A stretch of 64,000 bases of DNA, from NCBI GenBank assembly GCA_011109175.1, contig RDEW01000108.1, positions 1-64,000 of the forward strand, in the 5' to 3' direction. The notes beneath the pieces were generated by a model. It did not search any database and was not told the origin of the DNA. It saw only the letters and a list, made by a program, of their open reading frames with translations. Positions 38,564 through 50,988 of the stretch are shown piece after piece (the stretch's first letter is position 1; each line of letters starts with the position of its first letter). The position numbers were made by a program, and so were the translations under genes. This stretch comes from Dicyema japonicum. Its lineage: Eukaryota > Animalia > Dicyemida.

Positions 38564-38724
38564 AAATTTTCTAAAAATTAAACAAATAAATATAACGTCC
38601 ATTTTAGGATAGGATGGCCCACATCAAATAACAATAAATAATAATCAAATATGAACATTAAATTATTTATTTTGAATTAGTAAAATAAAAACACTCAAAT
38701 TGAATTTACTGGTGTTAACTATAG

Positions 38725-38950
38725 TGTTCTTGCATGTGGTTACTTGGTTGAAATATTTGTTTGTTTCTTATGTTTCTCTTTTTCCTTTTTGGCGTCATGT
38801 GATCCACATGTCTCAGGTACGGCCCAGTGCCTGAATAGGACATAATTGGATCATTTCTCTCCCATTGGATGGACTCTGGTTCTGTGACAGTGGGAACTGG
38901 ATGCACTTAGTTGGTAACTTTTTTCTCGGTGTATTCGAGGTTATTAATAA
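38725..38950 (+). mobile_element. SINE-like element family A1, internally deleted
   Basis: Core 38791-38853; tail CTCGGTGTATTCGAGGTTATTAATAAT. Confidence 0.75.
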
Positions 38951-39429
38951 TAATTAACATTCAACAGTAAAAACCCGTATAAGATATACATTCATAATCA
39001 TTTCCTAATCATGGCTCTATTCCGAGCAACAACCTGATAAAAAGGGTTCATCTACGATTTATAAACCACCCCTTCTAACAACCTACGTACGTTAACTTGA
39101 TTATGTAAAAGATGCTCTTTGTTTTTTGCAACTTCTCAGAGTTGACAGCAAATTACTTTTTTGAATGTAGTACGCTGTTTGTCTACCATGCCTAAGTGAC
39201 CGATCCATGGAGCAACCGTCATTTGCTGGTTTACTTATTAATTGCTGGTCTCCTATAGGTTAGTTGGTCGGGGTTACTTAACTAATTATAATCATAATAT
39301 AACGCTACAAGGTCGCTGAGAGATAACCTGAACTGAACTAGAAAAAATAGAACAAGCAACTGCAAACCATCATTGGAGAGTAGTGGTCGAGTAAGACTCC
39401 AATTAAAAGATTTATTTCCTTCCACAAGG

Positions 39430-39590
39430 TCAGGAAATTGTCTAAGATACACACAAGAAAAAGGAAAAAAAGAAGTTCATTCCTTGGTTTTACGATTAGT
39501 TAAAATTAACTGTTTTTTACTTAAATAAAGTGTGTGTCCTGCTATGCGGAGCTATAAATACTATGGCTCTCGTGAAAAGGCTATTAAAAA
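39430..39590 (+). mobile_element. SINE family B 3' part (tail type 2)
   Basis: Matches 13150-13300 in reverse orientation. Confidence 0.8.
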
Positions 39591-39599
39591 ACAAAAAAA

Positions 39600-39860
39600 T
39601 AGTGACTCTGGCGAAATGGCAGATCTTTGGACATGTCCTATGAGCTTCGGAAATGGGACTAGCTAATCAGGCCATGGAATCATACTTGCCTATATTAAAC
39701 AAAACAACGTATCAAGGTCGGCAAATAACTCATGTGCATAAAAAAGAAAGCTAAAATTGGGAGAGGATCTGAGGCCGGTTGCGAGAAACAAGGGAGGATG
39801 GAAACGACTCACAGCGCGTATCCTGAGATCCATGGAAGAAGTGGAATTTCAAATTAATTA
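39600..39860 (+). mobile_element. RTE 3' fragment
   Basis: KWQIFGHVL...LANQAMESY...GWKRLTARI. Confidence 0.65.
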
Positions 39861-39904
39861 ACTTTTTCTGGTTCCGCGTTCATTGCTATTTATAACAATA
39901 GGTA

Positions 39905-40430
39905 CAGTAAAAACTCTCGAATCCGCCAAATTTGGGACATATGTGCGGAATTAGGGATAATCAATAGGAATAAAATTAATTATTTTTGAGGATTCTTTTA
40001 TTTTCAAACAAGACAATTAACATATTTTTCTTTACCTACATCAGTTTCGTCGACAATAAAATAATGTTCTCATTTGAAAATTGTTTCAATAATTTTAGAA
40101 ACCATCCTTCAGTTAGAAGCTCTACAATATCACGGCGTCTGTTTTCCGAAGGAATAGGATGATCATATTTATATAAAAATTTACAGTTGCAGGATTTCGT
40201 AGCTTAAAATCGGTATTATTTTAGGATAAATTCTTGAGCTAGATCATTAGCAGAAACAATCAGGAGTAGAGTCATTTTTAATATAATTATGCAATTTATT
40301 GTTCGTATTTGAGTCTGCCTGTGTTTTTCTACAAACCATTGCTTCTTCAGAGATCGAATTCCCATCTTCAGATATGAGGCTACTCATAAGATTCTCAAAA
40401 TGATCCACGAATTTATTAATGATCTTTTTG
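39905..40430 (-). mobile_element. Tigger/pogo-like DNA transposon remnant
   Basis: TA + CAGTAAAAACTCTCGAATCCG terminus at 39903-39925; a degenerate IVDET (DET-G) motif on the minus strand. Confidence 0.4.
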
Positions 40431-40445
40431 GATATAATTTATATA

Positions 40446-40530
40446 TGGCGCCACAAGAGATGGTGAACCACATGACACTCGCTAACAATTCAAGCTCCCT
40501 GGGACCACATGCTTATGGGTAACGTGGGAG
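40446..40530 (-). mobile_element. Family A half-core copy
   Basis: Homologous to 38155-38210; sense strand reads GAGTGTCATGTGGTTCACCATCTCTTGTGGCGCC. Confidence 0.6.
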
Positions 40531-41058
40531 AATTTTATCAAGTTCTGTAGCATTTTACGCTAAAATTGATAGAATTGAAACTTCCCTATCTATCTTTATG
40601 GCAAATTCGGACAATCGAATTCGTCACTGTTCCATATTAACGATACGTATCCACCTTCCTTCCACGCCAGATCTATCGTGAACGTCGGTTTTGGCTTTTA
40701 CTTTCCTGACTGCCACAAATTTCCTTCGATAAGGAATTGTAGATAAATAAATGATCAGCATAGAGTCTATGAGTTATAACCGCATCAATGTGTCACATCT
40801 TAAAAAGGGGACACTTTGTAAATCAACAAATAACCATTACAGTTTTATTAGAGATTAATGTGAGTAATCATTATTAAACAAGTAACTTTATTGTAACACA
40901 ATCATACATCGTCACCTGAATGGATCGAAGCCACACATGTGCCTTGTCGTACAAATCTCTAGAATCAGGAAATTAACTTAATTTTTTAAAGAACGGCTAT
41001 GTTTATTAATATAGAAGAGATGTTATTACTTCTTTGGTTGTGGTGAGTCCCTGTAGAC

Positions 41059-42322
41059 CAGTGGTTCCCAACCTCTTCTTCCACATACAATAGGTTCGCG
41101 CGTTTTTTATCCTTTATATTTGTTAATGCAGAAAATCCACTTTCACAGAGATAAGTCGTTTAAAACTAAACCAAAACTCTTAAAACTGTTTGCCAGAATA
41201 GGATATTCTTTTTTTTACAATCAGCCAAAAAGAATCAATATCAATCTGTAAAATTTCATTTTTAACGTTCTGTCACTTGAAACAAACGCAAGTTCTTCTT
41301 CCTCTTTCAATGATAGCTCGTTTCCAGTTATTTCGTAATCAGCGAAAGGATTCCTTCCAATCATAGAGTTGATATGGAAAATAAATATTCGTACATGAAG
41401 AAAACAATGCATATGAATAATTTTCGGATTCTTATTTTTCGCAATAGAAACAAAGCCTTTAAGCCAGTCATTGCTGGAGACCATCATTGCAGAATACCAC
41501 ACATGATTCCAATCCAACTTTATATCCTCAAAATATGAATTTATAAGATTGAAAATGTCATATCCCTTTGTTGTTTCGAGAAACTCTTGCAGCAAAAAAT
41601 CTTCAACAATAGATTCATCGTTCATATATCGAACGAAAACAAGGAGTTGCATTCTTCCTGTAATATCTGAACTTTCATCCACTTGAAGCGCCAAAAAACA
41701 CAGATTTTTTATTCGCAATGTCATCAGACATATCCTTGATGTGCCTGCTCACAGAATTATTAGAAATAGGAATTAAGTCAAGCTCAGTGGCAACTATTTC
41801 TACGAACATTATCATCACTACATCTTTGCATTTAGGCAAATAACAGTTTCGACGTGAATATGCAATTTCATATTTTTAGCTGGCAATCTCAGTAACAGCG
41901 TTACTAACATGCTGTGCTTTGTTTATTTTGAATTTTTTGTAAAACAGGATGCTTTAACTTTATTCTGGTCCAATTTCCGCATAAAATATTCTTTTTTTCT
42001 TTGAATGTTGCGGGTGTTTGGTTGAGAAATAACGTCTAAGTTTCGTTGGAGACATAGCACTTTTCGCAAGTTTTTCACGGCAAACAACACAAGGTAGTAG
42101 AGGGCAATTAATGTCCCCAGTCCATGTGAAACAAAAGGCAATATAACTTTCTCGATACGACCGAACTTTAAGATATGCACTGTCACAAGACTCCATTTAG
42201 ACACGCGCAAATAAAAATTAATTCGTTTTGAAAAATTATTCTTTTAAAAAAAAATGAAAAATTTTTTGGAACTTCGCGGAACCCCTAGATTATTTCGCGG
42301 GAACCCAGGTTGGAAACCTCTG
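41059..42322 (-). mobile_element. hAT (Buster-type) DNA transposon, internally deleted, with TIRs and 8-bp TSD
   Basis: TIRs CAGTGGTTCCCAACCT / AGGTTGGAAACCTCTG. TSD CTGTAGAC at 41051-41058 and 42323-42330. BED-like CVVCREKLAKSAMSPTKLRRYF; ALQVDESSDITGRMQLLVFVRY; HCFLH. Confidence 0.92.
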
Positions 42323-42596
42323 CTGTAGACAATCAGGCACAGCAGTGAGGTATCACTAGATAAAGACGTTTCTCATCTATTAGGGACCATCGTAGATGCA
42401 TGTAACTTTTAGCCGGAATAGATAACTGTAAGATTTGAAACGAAAAGCATCTGAGCACTTATGACAATGCGAAAATATAACAAAAAATAAAAAATTTCAA
42501 AAGAAAAACCACAATATTAATAAACGTTACATAAAATTTAAATTTTACTTATTAAATAATTAACAAAATTAAAAATCATTGTATACAAATGACATT

Positions 42597-43870
42597 GGTT
42601 AAGGTGGTGACGACGCCTTTATTGCACTATGCCTTATTCGTATTCCTTACCGACTTCTCCGTTCACTCTGGGATCTTTCAATTGCAGAGGACTTAAACAA
42701 CCTTACAAGAAACACCAACTGTATGTGATCTAACCAAATACGACTGTGCTCTGTCTGTCTACAAGAGACAAAAACGACCGTACAATTTACAGAACTGTTT
42801 AGAAAATTCCACATTTTTACCCTATCATCGGCCTGCCGACATTATGGTCTCGCAGTCCATCAGGACCTGATTCACTGTGCGTACAAGAGGTGTGGGGATC
42901 ATCTAATATTATAATGGAAATGCGGACTACCTAAGAGTTCTAGTGCGCAACGGAGGATCATGGTCGGCTGACAGAGAGGATGATTAGGGAATACGGCACA
43001 AGGAAACTTAACTAATTTTATGTTTTCTCAGGAGTGCTTTTTAATAATAATAATAATACAAATGACATATCTTTTGTGACATATTGGGATCGGCACTTAG
43101 AGACTTCAGACCATTAATTGGCGACTTACCTCAAACTGAAGTGATTCATGTAGATGATATCGACTATATTTCCAGCGACGAGAAATCATTAAACTATATA
43201 CGGACAAGGATGCCATATGTGCTAGAAAATGGTTCATCAAAATCAATACGGAAAAGACGGAGATAACAACCATGCGCCGTGAATTAACCCGAACTGATGA
43301 AAAAATGGAGACACTAAAAAAAATTGGGGTCGTTGCTCGGAGACGGTGAGGATATCACTAACAGGAAAATATTGGTCGTCGCGGCCTTTAGAAAAATGGG
43401 AGTAGTCTGGAATCATAGTAAACAAATTAGCACACAATTACATGTAAGACTATACAATACCTTTGTGAAACTGGTCCTATTGTACAACGCTGCAACCTGG
43501 GGAGTCACAAGCGGTAATGGACAAACTAGATGCATTTTATCGTAAACAACTCCGACTGTTGCTTGACATCAACTGGCCAAAAAAAATTACAAACAAGAAT
43601 CTATACAAAATATGTATTGCAAGATCATTGAGTCTGGTTATCCTTGAATCAAGATAGCGTCTATTTGGTCACATCCTTCGGATGAGCCCGATGACCTTGC
43701 ATAATTTTGCCAGAGGTTCTACACAAGGACCTGACCAATGTAAGACAAAAGTTGAAAACAGGAGACGATCTGGATACGCTTAGAATAATTGTCAGTTACC
43801 GTGGAGCATGGTGGAAGTTAGCTAAGAGAATTGTGGGAGAAGAAAAATACGGCACAAACAAAACCTTAAT
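42597..43870 (+). mobile_element. RTE-clade LINE, internally deleted
   Basis: 5' end shared with 2653; LCLQETK, HVDDIDY, RLYNTFVKLVLLYNAATW, LFGHILR. Confidence 0.75.
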
Positions 43871-43985
43871 TAAAGAATTTTTTTAACAAATTAAACAAAT
43901 GTCAGTTGAGGAAGCCTGCTGCCTTAATTAAATAAATTAATTTTTTGATTCTTCGAAAGTGCTATTAATAATAATAATATTACAA

Positions 43986-44817
43986 ATGACACGAGAAATT
44001 GGATTATATGAGAGAATAGTTGCATCAACGACTGGTTCACTGATTACAGGCATATTTATGAATCCACTGGACGTCCTCAAAGTTAGGATACAAATGCATG
44101 GCTGTGTGGCCAGCATAAGTGGAGTGAGCAGCCTTTGGCGAGGACTGGGGGCAACATGTAGTGGCTAACAAAATATTTAGTTCATTCTCAATCCCCAACA
44201 ATGTAATATACTTTTCTTCGTACGAACACATTAAAACTGTTTGGGGGATGACTTATTCAAGCCAATGATAGCTGGGGGACTAGCCAGATGTATTAATTTG
44301 TTTGTTATCCTAGTCATTACTGTCACCAGTCTCAGTCCCATTGATCTCATCCGTACCTCTCTTTAGTCTGGTAAATACGGATACAACGATCTTTGCGTGA
44401 AAGCCTCTTCTCAGGGACTCAGACTCCTCTGGAGGGGTTGTTTCCCCTCTCTTTTGAGGGATGTACCCTTTTCTGGTTTAATTCTTATGTTATTAAGTCA
44501 TGTATTGGCCTTTAAATGAGGAATTCAAGTCTCACCATCTTACTCCGTTTGTCTGTGGACTCATTTCTGGATTAATTTCGACTGTCCTCACTATGCCTTT
44601 GATGTCCTCAAACACGAAAGCTAATTTAACTAATCCTAATTTGTGTCTATCCCACATTATTAAAACCACGTTGACTAATGATAGTCCACTAGCTCTGTTT
44701 CGTGTAGTATTACTATTGTATTGTAGGACTCACTCCCGTTTGTGTAAAGTTGTTCCCTCCTGTGATATCATGATCACCTCTTGTGAATATTTTAAGAACT
44801 ATTATGCTCTTTTGTGA
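43986..44817 (+). CDS. Mitochondrial carrier SLC25A39/40-like
   Basis: NPLDVLKVRIQ, LWRGLGAT, SPIDLIRT, LWRG..PSLLRDVPFS.MYW, PFDVLK, GL.PRLCKVVPSC.IMI..E. GT-AG introns at 44158-44180, 44290-44313, 44476-44497 and 44704-44726. One in-frame TAG and several one-base deletions. Confidence 0.85.
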
Positions 44818-45505
44818 CAGTTTTTTATATTTACTCTTGTCTTTATATTACACAGATTTTTTCCAAATAAGAATTTATCAGCCCCTTAGAATCAACCTGA
44901 TCTATGTGAACGAAAGCATGGCGCCACAAAGTAGCAACTAGCATCAAGTCAGACTTTTGGAGAAGTTGGTGAAGTCAGGGTTATTTAACTGAGTCACTAT
45001 CACCCTCTTTGATATGACTTGCTAAGTTTCTAGCAGCTATTTAGTTGTGGCTCTGATGAAACTCAAAGGGTTTTGGTCCTCCAGTGGCAAGAATTTTTAT
45101 TATTTTTCATGTTTTTTATCTTCCCTTGTTCTGCTAGATTGGCGTTTTTTTATCAAGCGCCTGCTCAGTGCTAGGGTGGGACGAAAAGAATTAATTCCTT
45201 CTCCCACTCCATTAGAGGGTTGGATGTTTTCTTCTCTTCCCACTGGTTGTGGATAGACTTACAGTGGGACAAATATGTCATGGCAACCCTACATAAATTC
45301 AAAATTTTAATTTTTATAACAAAATATAAATATTTCAACATAATTTAAAAATATCTAAATTTAAATAACTGTTCTCTATAAAAGTTTATTATTGTTTAGT
45401 TGATTCATTATTTTTATCGATGCGAATCTCAATTTCAAATTTGATTTTTTTAGTGGAAAAAAGTCATGGCAACATTTTGTATTGTACAAGAACATAAATA
45501 ATAAA

Positions 45506-47313
45506 TGTGACTGGTTGAATACGAGCCGTTAAACGAGCCGTTAAAGCCGTTAGAAATCAATAATTTTTTAATGAAAATAAATCAATAAATTAATTCCTAT
45601 CTTTATAATGATTAGTAATTTTAATAATTTAAATAAAAGGAGAAAGGTTCAATAAATTTAATTGAATTTAAGGCTGTCGAGTTTTCCAATCTAGCGGAGA
45701 TGCTAAGAAAGAGGTTGTGGATGAACGATTTAACGGTTTTCAATATTGGCGACAGAATTGTTAGAAGAGTACGCACTGACACAAATATAAAAACTTGTAG
45801 AGGTGCTCTGAATGAGCATATGGACATCAATATTTATTACGTTACTCAAACTATAGACCGATCAGCCTCATTTGCTCTATATCCAAGATTGCTGAGCGAA
45901 TTATCTTCAAGATGCTGAACTAGCACATAGAAGAGAGTGGATTCCTCCTTCGCGGAACAATGGGGCTTCAGACCTGGAAAATCCTGTACGGACTGCATCT
46001 ACCAGATGCACTCAACGGTATTGAAAGGTCTGGAATTAAAGAGACAAGTCAACCTAGTATGTCTGGATCTGTCTAAAGCCTTTGATATCGTGTGGCATGA
46101 AGCCCTCTTATCAAGGCTGCGAATATCCATAAGAAACACTTCATATAAATAATGAACTTTTTAACGAAACGAACTTCCCGAATACGTGTCGGACCATATA
46201 TGTCAAAAGATATTGCATTGAAGAGGGGAGTTCCACAGGGATCTATCTTGAGCCCGCTGTTATTCAATACATTTTTGTCAGACTTCCCAGTTCCACCAGA
46301 TATGAACACCAAGATGTTGATATACGCGGATGACATTCTAATCATGGATACTTTGGAAAATCTACTTCATCGGAAAATAGAATCAGGCTATTTGTTGATC
46401 AAGTTCAGGATTGGTGTTCCAAGAGACGGATGACACTCTCTACCGAGAAATCGAGCCATATGAGAGTCAGTCGCCTCCTGAGGCATCGTGTACAGCCTTA
46501 TTCACTTGGCATCCCAAAAGTGAATTCACTTCGCTGCCTCAGGATAGTCATCGATGGAGAAAATTCCTTCATGGAAGATATCAGACGAAGAAGGAAGAAA
46601 GCGCTACAAGCGCTTTTCTGTACAAGGAAGCTATCCGTAAGCTTGGAAATCTTGTTTATCTTCATGAGGATTATTCCTACCAGAGCTACTATACGGGTGT
46701 GAAACGTGGTTTTTTTCTCGCCAAAAAGATAAAATAATGTTACTCATGGAAAAGTCGAGAAGGTCAGAAATAAAGTTGGCCTTGGGGAAAAAGCTGTTTG
46801 ATGTCCTAAGCACGGAAGAAGACAAGATTCTTGCACCAGTGAAAAATATTATGGTGAAGAAGATCAAGGGGATCCGATGCTAAGAAGAAATTAAAATTGA
46901 GATGAGGTGCATCGGAAGAATCCAGGCCGCATAGGCGGACTCGTTAAAAATTTCCAAACTAACTCCTAATTTCTGTTGAATAAAGTGTTTCCGTTTCCCG
47001 CTTGTTTTGCTGTCCGAGCGGCAGTAATATAATGGTTTGTTAAGTTCCGATACTTAATGGGTCGATTTAACAGTCTCAACCGGTAATCGTTACTTTCGGT
47101 ACGGTTAAACGATTTTAACGGCAATATCGATTTTACGGATCGTACTCAACCTGGAGTCGTTTTTAAACGGTGACAATTTTAATAAAAATTTCTCACAAAT
47201 TTTTATTTTCTTAACCGCTTACATCGATAGAATAGTAATAGATTTTTGCCCACGCTCGAATATCGATTTTTAACGGCTCGTATTCAACCGTATCTCATTC
47301 TGAACCGGTCACA
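45506..47313. mobile_element. Non-autonomous TIR element (TGT...ACA ends) interrupted by a LINE
   Basis: Left TGTGACTGGTTGAATACGAGCCGTTAA; right end reverse-complements to TGTGACCGGTT...CGGTTGAATACGAGCCGTTAA. No clear TSD. Confidence 0.55.
45690..46950 (+). mobile_element. Jockey/I-group LINE family C, RT and 3' end
   Basis: QWGFRPGKSC, CLDLSKAFD, GVPQGSILSPLLFN, IYADDI; 3' hairpin CCAGGCCGCATAGGCGG. Confidence 0.85.
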
Positions 47314-47324
47314 ATAATAATTTA

Positions 47325-47631
47325 TTTATTAACCCCGGATACACCGAGAAAGAAGTTAAAGTAAACAACTAATTAAGTTATCCAGTTTCCACTTCTACAG
47401 AGTCCATCCGGAATCACATAAAAGGTAAGACGTCCATTACATGCAGTTGTGGAAACCCCTCCAGTAGAGTGGGGAGAGCAAATGATCCCTTTTCGTGCCG
47501 GCCTGGCACTGGGCGTCACCTAGACAGGTGGATTACATGACGCCACTCTATTAGGAAGAGAGAGGAGGTACAGACAAGCAAGCAGAAAACTTAACCAATT
47601 AACCACGCAGCACCACATTGCGCCACGCGGC
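47325..47631 (-). mobile_element. SINE-like element family A1 (best-paired core, 47483-47544)
   Basis: P1 ggcgtca/tgacgcc, P3 acct/aggt, P4 gtgcc/ggcac. Near-identical to 163-485. Confidence 0.9.
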
Positions 47632-47659
47632 TCTTGATCAAATACTCAAATAATTAATT

Positions 47660-47985
47660 ATTAAGCACTCCGCGTTGCCATAAGCACGTAAGATGGGTTT
47701 CGCTCGTGCAGAACACACACTTTATTTAAGTAAAGAACAGTTATTGTAACTAATCGTAGAGAGAGAACCAAGGAATGTTCTTTACTTATTTGTTTTTTCT
47801 TTTTCTTGTGTGCATGTTCTTTTGACAATCCAGTTCCGCAGTGAATCTCCACTGACAACGACGTCACTCGTCAAGCCCTTTCCGCATCGTAGATGAGTGG
47901 AACCTTCCACCAGGTGAATAGCAGCGAGTTTCAAACCCGTGACCTAAGCCACTTTAGCCCGACATCTAACCACTATGCCACCCGG
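47660..47985 (-). mobile_element. tRNA-derived SINE family B, full length
   Basis: Colinear with 6213-6530, including the A and B boxes and tail type 1. Confidence 0.9.
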
Positions 47986-48084
47986 TACTGGAATATATAG
48001 ATGGCAAAGGATATAGAAAGCTTTTTAAAACTTTTATTATTCCAATTAATAAATTTTATTGAAAAAAGAAAATAGAGTAAACGG

Positions 48085-48505
48085 TATATAGAAGCTGCCC
48101 TGACTGCGTGGCTATTCCTTCTCAGGATAGCGAGCAAAATTCGCTAAAAATAACCAGCAGTCCTCACGAGAATCTCCTTTTCGTGTAGCGATCCGATTCC
48201 CTAGACGACTCAAGAATTCAAGCGACGCAGGTGGAAGGGAACTAGACGTCTCAACGGCGAGTGGAACAAACAAAAAATCATTGGTAGGACCGTGTACCTC
48301 CAGAGGCACTCTGGAGTAGGTTGCAAGAAGCAAATGTGTCGGTGCAGGTAACGTCCCAGACAAGAAGTTTCCCGGCTTCAATAGGGAAGATTGTCATCCC
48401 ATCTGGTCGTTTCCTGTCCCGCCTGCAAAGACCGACAGGTTCGAGCATGGAGATGGTCCGGCGGCGTCCAAAGCTCGCCTAACGACTTCGTTCAAGGCCA
48501 TGTGT
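48085..48505 (-). mobile_element. CRE-like RLE 3' fragment
   Basis: LNEVVRRALDAAG...FVPLAVETSS...RLGNRIATRKGDSREDCWL. Confidence 0.8.
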
Positions 48506-49329
48506 CTGAGAAATCTGCCTGTCTGGAATGATGCGGAGACAAGATCAACTGTTTTGGCCTACACCCTCTCTCCTGTAGGAAGAGTGCAGGCAGATTTCCA
48601 ATCAATTAGAAATATTATTAGGAGATATAATCGATTTGCTACCACCATTATTCCACACAGGTCAGAGCACCAACAAAAATTACAAGACGTTCTCGATCTG
48701 TACTCGTTGAAAAAGCTACCAAACATTTTCAGACATGAAAAGAATTGTATGAAGATTTAACAATGTTAGACACGAGTGTATCGAATAACAAACACGTTTT
48801 ACAAAAAAATGGAATATATAATAAAAGACTTTATGGGCAGGAGGTATCATGATTTGTAGGAGTTTTTGTTCTTCAGGAATAGAATTACCTAACGTTACCA
48901 TGACTTTTTCCACAATAAAATTCATTTAGAATATTTGAATAGTTAAAAATCAAAAACAAAGATGAATCTCAGCTAATTTTTTTGTAGAAAGATAATAATA
49001 ATCACATTTTACGTAGCCATGACTTATTTGCCTTACCGTATATGTGATATTGAAAGACTCTTAGTTTGTTTGAATAGCTGTTTATTATAACCTTCTTCTC
49101 AGTGTATCTGAGATTGATAAATTAAATTAATTGATTAAAACTGTTCTTTGAAGTATTCTGCGGGACAATTCCTTCTATTTTGCCATAAAGAACAACTTGC
49201 TTACGGAGATATGGCCTATTAGGTATCAACGACAGAATTGTTGTTTCATTCAAAATAATCTGTAATTACATTATGCGAGACACAGTGATTGATTGAGAAA
49301 AATACTGGGGAAATTATTTATTATCATGT

Positions 49330-50460
49330 AAAGACACTGTAGGGGAAATTGTTTTTTCCTGAACCCAAAAAGACAAAAACTAAATGATTAGTCTATAGGA
49401 CGAAATCCGATAGTCAATATAAAGACTATACAACCAAGCAGTCTCCTTCATTAATCAATGACTGACCAACGTGGATATATTCACTCACATAATATAAAGA
49501 AAATACGATCTGGACAGCTTACAGTCTCATAAAACCTAATTCCTACTATCGGAAACACCTGAAAAAAGTCGACTTGTCAAGATTATAGCAAACAATCTCC
49601 CATGGAACCAGTCAAAAAGAAACAAAACTAAAAGAATTTCCAAGTAGGGCCAATGACTTGATGAGGTTTTACTTTTCTGTTAGCCACCTCAAGATGATCT
49701 CCCTTTCCCGCATTTACAAAAAACTGAAAGTCAAGGAGTTCCCATTTTATCAAATCGATGGAACCAAACTCATGGATCTTATCAAAAACTCGCGAAACTC
49801 TCCTGCGAAAAGACTTGTTGGCTTTAGTATCTTTCATTTGAAGAACCTCTGTTCAAACGAAAGGCCTTATTAAAATATTAGATAAATTCATATCACATTC
49901 CAACTTTATGGAAAAAATCGGAGATTATCACAATCCTAAAGTTTAACAAGAGTCCAGTATCTTCAATCATCAGTATTGCTTAAGCCTGCGGATAAATGTG
50001 CCTATACATCCGTAATTCATGGTTTCAAACGAGATTCCACAAAGTTCTATTCTCTCCCCTAGCTTTTTCAGCCTTTATTTGAGTAGCATTCAGATTTGAC
50101 AAAATTCAATTGGCCTTACATATGCCGATTACATTGTCATCGTTGCCGAAGACACAGACATTCAGAGAACTACTAAACATTTGCAGCATCACCTAGACCT
50201 TATGAGTGAATGGATGGACTCCAACTAGATGTCTCCTGTCTCTACGAAATCATTTGTCTCCATTTTCCCACAGAACTCGAGTATAAATCAGAATCATTCT
50301 CAATTTTCAGTAAACGATAACATAATTCACTTCTCTTCTATCTTCTACGCAACTAGACCTGAAATTTCTAATGCAAACTTTCCAAAGTCACCAATGTCTG
50401 TTCTTCAACTCAGGGATCTGCATTGCAGAAATAGGCAAATTTTTAAGGCTCGTTTTTGAA
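49330..50460 (+). mobile_element. Degenerate Vingi-like LINE
   Basis: TYADYIVIV...LQHHLDLMSEW (RT domains 5-6) and an APE/linker-like upstream region. Confidence 0.55.
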
Positions 50461-50812
50461 AGTTTAAAGCAATATCTTGGCTGATTAATTGTCTTTGTCT
50501 TAAATATGTTAATTCGAATAACTTCAGTATTTACGGATATTTTGATTTTTGGAGACTAACATGTTTATTGATAGCCAAATTAAATACTGAAGTTTGAAAT
50601 CTGAAAATATTCATGAAAAAGGTTAATATTAACCAATATGACATCCCTATACCATTGCAAGTAAAGAAGATCAAAATCCATTCGAAATCTATTTATACGT
50701 AGTCTTAAAAATGAAAGCTTAGACAGTTATAAAATTAACTAAAACGACTTTTTCGTAAAAATTATAAGAAAGTTATATAATAAAATTACGACATTATTGT
50801 AGCATTTTTAGA

Positions 50813-50988
50813 TTTTTCATATATTTCCGTCAGACTGTGTTTAATTTTATTAATCTTTTAATTTAAAAATTTAGAAAAAGATAATTACTGTTTGTGTTTT
50901 TTTTCATATATTTCCGTCAGACTGTGTTTAATTTTATTAATCTTTTAATTTAAAAATTTAGAAAAAGATAATTACTGTTTGTGTTTTT
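50813..50988. repeat. Tandem duplication, ~87-bp unit x2
   Basis: CATATATTTCCGTCAGACTGTG... occurs twice in tandem. Confidence 0.9.

Noticed and set aside
44355-44370. TAG at a conserved Gln position suggesting stop-codon reassignment
   Set aside because: Other Gln positions in PKC and the carrier use CAA/CAG, and ORFs end in ordinary stops. A single substitution or error is more likely.
48500-48925. Possible MULE transposase remnants
   Set aside because: Only vague motif resemblance, with no catalytic residues or TIRs identifiable.
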